Origin: Chloroflexota bacterium
GTDB taxonomy: Bacteria > Chloroflexota > Limnocylindria > QHBO01
DNA length: 64,000 bases
Assembly: GCA_052388515.1 (NCBI GenBank)
Contig: JBQTHZ010000077.1
Location: forward strand, 6,351 to 70,350
Reading direction: 5' to 3'
The notes under the pieces were generated by a model, which saw nothing but the letters and a program-made list of their open reading frames with translations, was not told where the DNA came from and searched no databases. Positions 58,565 to 64,000 of this stretch are shown here, in pieces. The first letter of the stretch is position 1. Each line of letters begins with the position of its first letter. Position numbers and translations under genes: made by a program.

Positions 58565-59347
58565 TCATCCGAAGTCGACGACGAGGGGGGCGTGGTCCGA
58601 CGGGATGCCCGGGTAGGTCGATGGCTTGCGGGCGTCACGGTCTCGCTCGGCGGCGGTCGCCTGCGCGGCGAGCGGTGGCGAAACGTACACGTGATCGATG
58701 CGCATGCCGAAGTTCTTGTGGAAGTGCCCCGCGCGGTAGTCCCACCAGCTGAAGAAGCCGGGCTCCGGATGGAACTGCCGAACGATGTCGACCATCCCCC
58801 AGGTGCGCAGCTTCGCCACGGCGGCCCGCTCGCGCGGCGAGACGTGCGTGGCGCCGTGGACCGCCTCGACATCCCACACGTCGTCGTCCTCGGGCGCGAC
58901 GTTGTAGTCGCCGCAGATGGCGAGCTCGGTCGCCGGATCGTTATCGTCGAGCCAGACCGACAGGCGCGCCAGCCATTCGAGCTTCTCGAGGTAGAACTCA
59001 GAATCGACGACGCGCCCGTTCGGGACGTAGATCGTCGCCACCCGCATCGGTCCGCAGGTGGCCGCCAGGAATCGGCCGCCCTCATCGGTCCAGCCGTCCG
59101 GGGTCGGGATGCCGGCCACGACATCCGAGATGCCGATGCGCGACGCGATGGCCACGCCGTTCCAGCGGCCGGGACCATGATGCACGAGCTCGTAACCGAG
59201 CGCGGTGAAGTCCATCAGCGGCGCCTGGGCGTCGGAGAGCTTCGTCTCCTGCATGCACAGCACGTCGGGCTGGTTGCGCTCGGTCCAGGCCAGCACGCGG
59301 TCGAGGCGGGCCTTGAGCGAGTTGACGTTCCAGGTGGCGAGTCGCAT
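58565..59347 (-). CDS. xth: Exodeoxyribonuclease III (AP endonuclease)
   Basis: 260 aa. MRLATWNVNSLKARL..., endonuclease/exonuclease/phosphatase fold residues. Confidence 0.85.
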   Translation of the reverse strand: MRLATWNVNSLKARLDRVLAWTERNQPDVLCMQETKLSDAQAPLMDFTALGYELVHHGPGRWNGVAIASRIGISDVVAGIPTPDGWTDEGGRFLAATCGPMRVATIYVPNGRVVDSEFYLEKLEWLARLSVWLDDNDPATELAICGDYNVAPEDDDVWDVEAVHGATHVSPRERAAVAKLRTWGMVDIVRQFHPEPGFFSWWDYRAGHFHKNFGMRIDHVYVSPPLAAQATAAERDRDARKPSTYPGIPSDHAPLVVDFG

Positions 59348-59381
59348 CCGCAGGTCAGTCTATCGGGATAGGATGCGTCCG

Positions 59382-59798
59382 ATGATCCAGGAATTCAGGG
59401 ACTTCATCCTGCGCGGCAACGTCGTCGACCTCGCAGTCGGCATCGTCATCGGCGCCGCCTTCACGGCCATCGTCAACTCGCTGGTGGCAGACGTGCTGAC
59501 CCCGGTCATCGGCATTCTCTTCTCGGCTGACTTCTCGAGCCTCTCGGTCACGGTCAATGACTCGACGATCGCCTACGGCACCTTCCTCAACGCGCTCATC
59601 AGCTTCGTGCTCGTCGCTGCGGCGCTCTTCTTCTTCGTCGTCAAGCCGATGAACCTGCTCGAGCGACGGCGCCAGGCCGCCGAGCCGGACGCCCCGACCA
59701 CCAAGACCTGCACGGAGTGCGCGTCGGAGATCCCCGTCGCCGCCCTCCGCTGCCCCATGTGCACCGCTCCGCTCCCGGCACCGGCCGCTGTGGATTGA
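59382..59798 (+). CDS. mscL: Large-conductance mechanosensitive channel with a C-terminal CxxC-x10-CxxC tail
   Basis: 138 aa from MIQEFRDFILRGNVVDLAVGIVIGAAF. TM1 and TM2 present. The C-terminus KTCTECASEIPVAALRCPMC looks like a zinc ribbon. Confidence 0.85.
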   Translation: MIQEFRDFILRGNVVDLAVGIVIGAAFTAIVNSLVADVLTPVIGILFSADFSSLSVTVNDSTIAYGTFLNALISFVLVAAALFFFVVKPMNLLERRRQAAEPDAPTTKTCTECASEIPVAALRCPMCTAPLPAPAAVD

Positions 59799-59810
59799 GC
59801 GGCGTGCCGG

Positions 59811-60014
59811 TCAGCGGCCGAGGATGCCCCCGACCCGGTCCATCGGGGAGCTGCCCTCGGGCCCGGACGAACCAAAGATGACCCCGTCGATCTGGCCGGC
59901 GATTGGGTCCGGCAGGCGATCCTTCAGGAACCCGACCACGGTGTCGACCGCGGTGCGGGCCTGCCCCTCGTCGATGTTCGCGCGGTCCTGCACCATCTTG
60001 ATCAGCTGATCCAT
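59811..60014 (-). CDS. Small hypothetical protein (~67 aa)
   Basis: MDQLIKMVQDRANIDEGQARTAVDTVVGFLKDRLPDPIAGQIDGVIFGSS... with GAGGAA 7 nt upstream. The track ORF is extended upstream. Confidence 0.35.
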   Translation of the reverse strand: MDQLIKMVQDRANIDEGQARTAVDTVVGFLKDRLPDPIAGQIDGVIFGSSGPEGSSPMDRVGGILGR

Positions 60015-60331
60015 CTCGATTTCCTCACGGTTGAGTTGTCGGCCGCATCGGCCGCATGATCCGTGCCGCGCACGCGCGGTCGCTTGTTCCCCGGTGGGAG
60101 TAACGGCCACGTCTTGGCCGAATTGAGCCGCACCTGGGACGGACAGACAGGCGCAGGCCCGCATCTTGGCCTTTTGTGCCACCGCGCGACCAAGAACAGC
60201 CACTTCTTGGCCGATGCGCCCACCGGCGAAACCAACGCGCCGGCAGATGTGCGGACGAGCAGCACGCCGTGAGGAAGGGCAGAGGCCGGGCTCTGCAGCC
60301 CGGCGTCGTACGCGGCGAGGACTGAGAGGAG

Positions 60332-62263
<1,932 letters not shown>

Positions 62264-62270
62264 GGGTCGT

Positions 62271-62855
62271 TCAGTGCTCCTTCGGGTTGTTCGCCACTCG
62301 GACGAGGCTCGGCCGGATGATCCGGTCGTGCAGGCGGTATCCGCGCTGCAGCTCGCCGATCACTTCGTTGTCGGGATGATCCGTGGTGTCCTCGTGCACC
62401 ACCGCTTCGTGTACGTTCGGGTCGAAGGCCTGGCCGACCGACTCGATGGGCGTGACGCCCTCGGACTCGAGGACGCTGCGCAGCTTTCGCTCGGTGAGCC
62501 GGACGCCCTCGACCCACGGATCGTGCGCGTCGGCGGGAACGTTCTCGAGCGCCCGGTCGAAGTCGTCGAGCACGCCCAGCAGCTTGCCGATCAGCAGCGT
62601 GTTGCTGAACTGGGTCAGCGTGGCGCGTTCCTCATCGGTCCGTCGCTTGTAGTTCGCGAAGTCAGCCGCCGATCGGTGCCAGTTGTTGCGATGCTCGGCG
62701 TCGCTGCTGCGCGCCTCGCGCAGCTCGCCCTCGAGCTGTTGGATCCGTTCCGCAAGCTCGACGCGCGTCGGCGTCTGGATGGCATCCGCCCGCTCCTGGC
62801 CGCGGGTCTTCGTCGCGCGGCTTCGCGGGCCACCATTCGTTGGATGGTCGGTCAT
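62271..62855 (-). CDS. grpE: Nucleotide exchange factor GrpE
   Basis: 194 aa with the GrpE C-terminal domain. Overlaps the hrcA stop by 4 nt. Confidence 0.85.
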   Translation of the reverse strand: MTDHPTNGGPRSRATKTRGQERADAIQTPTRVELAERIQQLEGELREARSSDAEHRNNWHRSAADFANYKRRTDEERATLTQFSNTLLIGKLLGVLDDFDRALENVPADAHDPWVEGVRLTERKLRSVLESEGVTPIESVGQAFDPNVHEAVVHEDTTDHPDNEVIGELQRGYRLHDRIIRPSLVRVANNPKEH

Positions 62856-63961
62856 TGGGTTTCGCCGTAGTGACTGTTGATGAGCTCGTTCATGAGGGTC
62901 GAGAGGTATCGCACCGTCGGGATCGCCCGCGGGTAGCGCATGCGCGTCGGGCCAAGCACGCCGAGCAGGCCGAGAGCGCGGTCCGGCGTGCCGTAGGGAG
63001 CGAAGATGAGGCTGACCTCGTGCATCGCGTCATTCGTGTTCTCGCGACCGATGATCACGTGCACGCCGCCGCTTCGCGTCAGGACCGGCACGAGCTGCTC
63101 GAGGAAGTCGGAGCGCTGCAGGATCTCGAGGATCGGCCGCAGCTTTGAGCCCTCCGTGAACTCCGGCTGCTCGAGAACGTTGACGATGCCGTCGGTGAAA
63201 ACGTCCTCGACGACGACCGAGTCGGCGTCCTCGAGAAGCGAAACGACGATGGCCGCGACCCGCCCGGCGAGCGCAGGCAGTCGGTCGGCCCGGCGCCGGA
63301 CCTGCGGCGCGGAGAGGCCGGCCAGCTCCGTGTTCATGACCCCAGCCGTCGCGTCCAGCTCGACCTGGTCGAGGGCGTTGTCGGGAAGCTCGCGCTGGAG
63401 CGCGGGGAGGTCGAGCCGGCGCTGAACGACGTTGCCGTCGCCGAGCACCAGGACCAGGAGCCGGGTGCCGTCGGCAAGCGCCACCAGCTGCACGTGCCCG
63501 AAGCGGGCGCGGCGCGAGCGGGCGGGGGTGACGACCGCCGCCGACCGGGTGCTCCCGGCCAGGATGCTCGCCGCCAGGCGCAGCCACTCGTTGCTCGTCA
63601 GCTGCACCTGGCTGAACTGGTGGCGGATCATGAGCCGATCCATTTCGTCGAGCTCCGCCTCGCGCATGAGTGACTCGACGTACAGGCGGTAGCCGAGGTC
63701 GGAAGGGACGCGGCCGGCGCTCGTGTGGGGATGCGAGAGAAGGCCACGTGCCTCGAGCTCCGCCATGGAGCTCCGCACGGTGGCCGGCGAGACCCCGAGC
63801 GCATAGCGCGCGAGCAGCGCTTTCGAGCCGATCGGCACCGCCGTCAGCACGTAGTCCTCGACGACTGCGCGCAGCACGGTACGCTGCCGATCCGTCAGCT
63901 CGATGGCCGGCCGGATCGGCGTCTGCCCGCGATCGCGGGCGTCCTGACGATCACCCGTCAT
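62852..63961 (-). CDS. hrcA: Heat-inducible transcription repressor HrcA
   Basis: 369 aa. N-terminal winged helix (LTDRQRTVLRAVVEDYV) and HrcA C-terminal domain. Confidence 0.85.
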   Translation of the reverse strand: MTGDRQDARDRGQTPIRPAIELTDRQRTVLRAVVEDYVLTAVPIGSKALLARYALGVSPATVRSSMAELEARGLLSHPHTSAGRVPSDLGYRLYVESLMREAELDEMDRLMIRHQFSQVQLTSNEWLRLAASILAGSTRSAAVVTPARSRRARFGHVQLVALADGTRLLVLVLGDGNVVQRRLDLPALQRELPDNALDQVELDATAGVMNTELAGLSAPQVRRRADRLPALAGRVAAIVVSLLEDADSVVVEDVFTDGIVNVLEQPEFTEGSKLRPILEILQRSDFLEQLVPVLTRSGGVHVIIGRENTNDAMHEVSLIFAPYGTPDRALGLLGVLGPTRMRYPRAIPTVRYLSTLMNELINSHYGETQ

Positions 63962-63980
63962 GCCGACCTCCGGTGCGTGA

Positions 63981-64000
63981 TTGGCACTCTCGGGTTGAGA
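63981..64000. promoter_or_regulatory. Partial CIRCE operator upstream of hrcA, cut by the window end
   Basis: TTGGCACTC + 9-nt spacer + GA... at the window edge, 20 nt upstream of the hrcA ATG. Confidence 0.5.

Overview
This is a 64-kb chromosomal window from a high-GC bacterium (about 70% GC, estimated by eye). It is gene-dense with about 60 genes, most on the minus strand. I found no rRNA, tRNA, CRISPR array, transposase or integrase.

The six-frame track accepts TTG/GTG/ATG as starts. Many listed ORFs therefore carry spurious N-terminal extensions, and the long arginine-rich ORFs antisense to real genes are high-GC artifacts. I re-derived gene starts by reading homology onset and ribosome-binding sites. 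Coordinates I computed by hand may be off by 1-3 nt.

Genes in order along the window:
- an acetyl-CoA carboxylase / fatty-acid operon, accD-accA-accB-fabD-accC;
- birA translationally coupled to an ECF sigma factor;
- trpS and an AI-2E family transporter;
- an Opp/Dpp-type peptide ABC transporter;
- a BtuFCD-like ABC importer preceded by a probable cobalamin riboswitch;
- a SWIM zinc-finger protein plus a large membrane protein, both uncharacterised;
- pgi/pgm, manC, proC and metK;
- a YibE/F membrane protein and a class V aminotransferase;
- a LAL-family (LuxR-type) regulator next to a second ECF sigma factor;
- ahcY, a GNAT acetyltransferase and apt;
- vapBC fused onto the 3' end of acnA;
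- a membrane adenylate cyclase, then mfd, pth, an FAD-dependent oxidoreductase and amt;
- the ybeY-pgpH-yqeY-rpsU cluster and hit-rsmE-prmA-dnaJ, the latter with its own CIRCE operator;
- ycaQ, xth and mscL;
- hrcA-grpE-dnaK, with a CIRCE operator cut by the window edge.

The most unusual signal is a conserved element of about 175 nt present in two copies, at about 9024-9198 and 17750-17925. Each copy sits directly after the stop codon of an ABC-transporter gene. Each contains an AT-rich 18-bp palindrome (TATATC-N6-GATATA), an isolated AT-rich island in otherwise GC-rich DNA. The two copies differ by paired, helix-preserving substitutions. I could not assign it to any RNA or repeat family I know. 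Nearly all gene junctions in the window are 1-4-nt stop/start overlaps.
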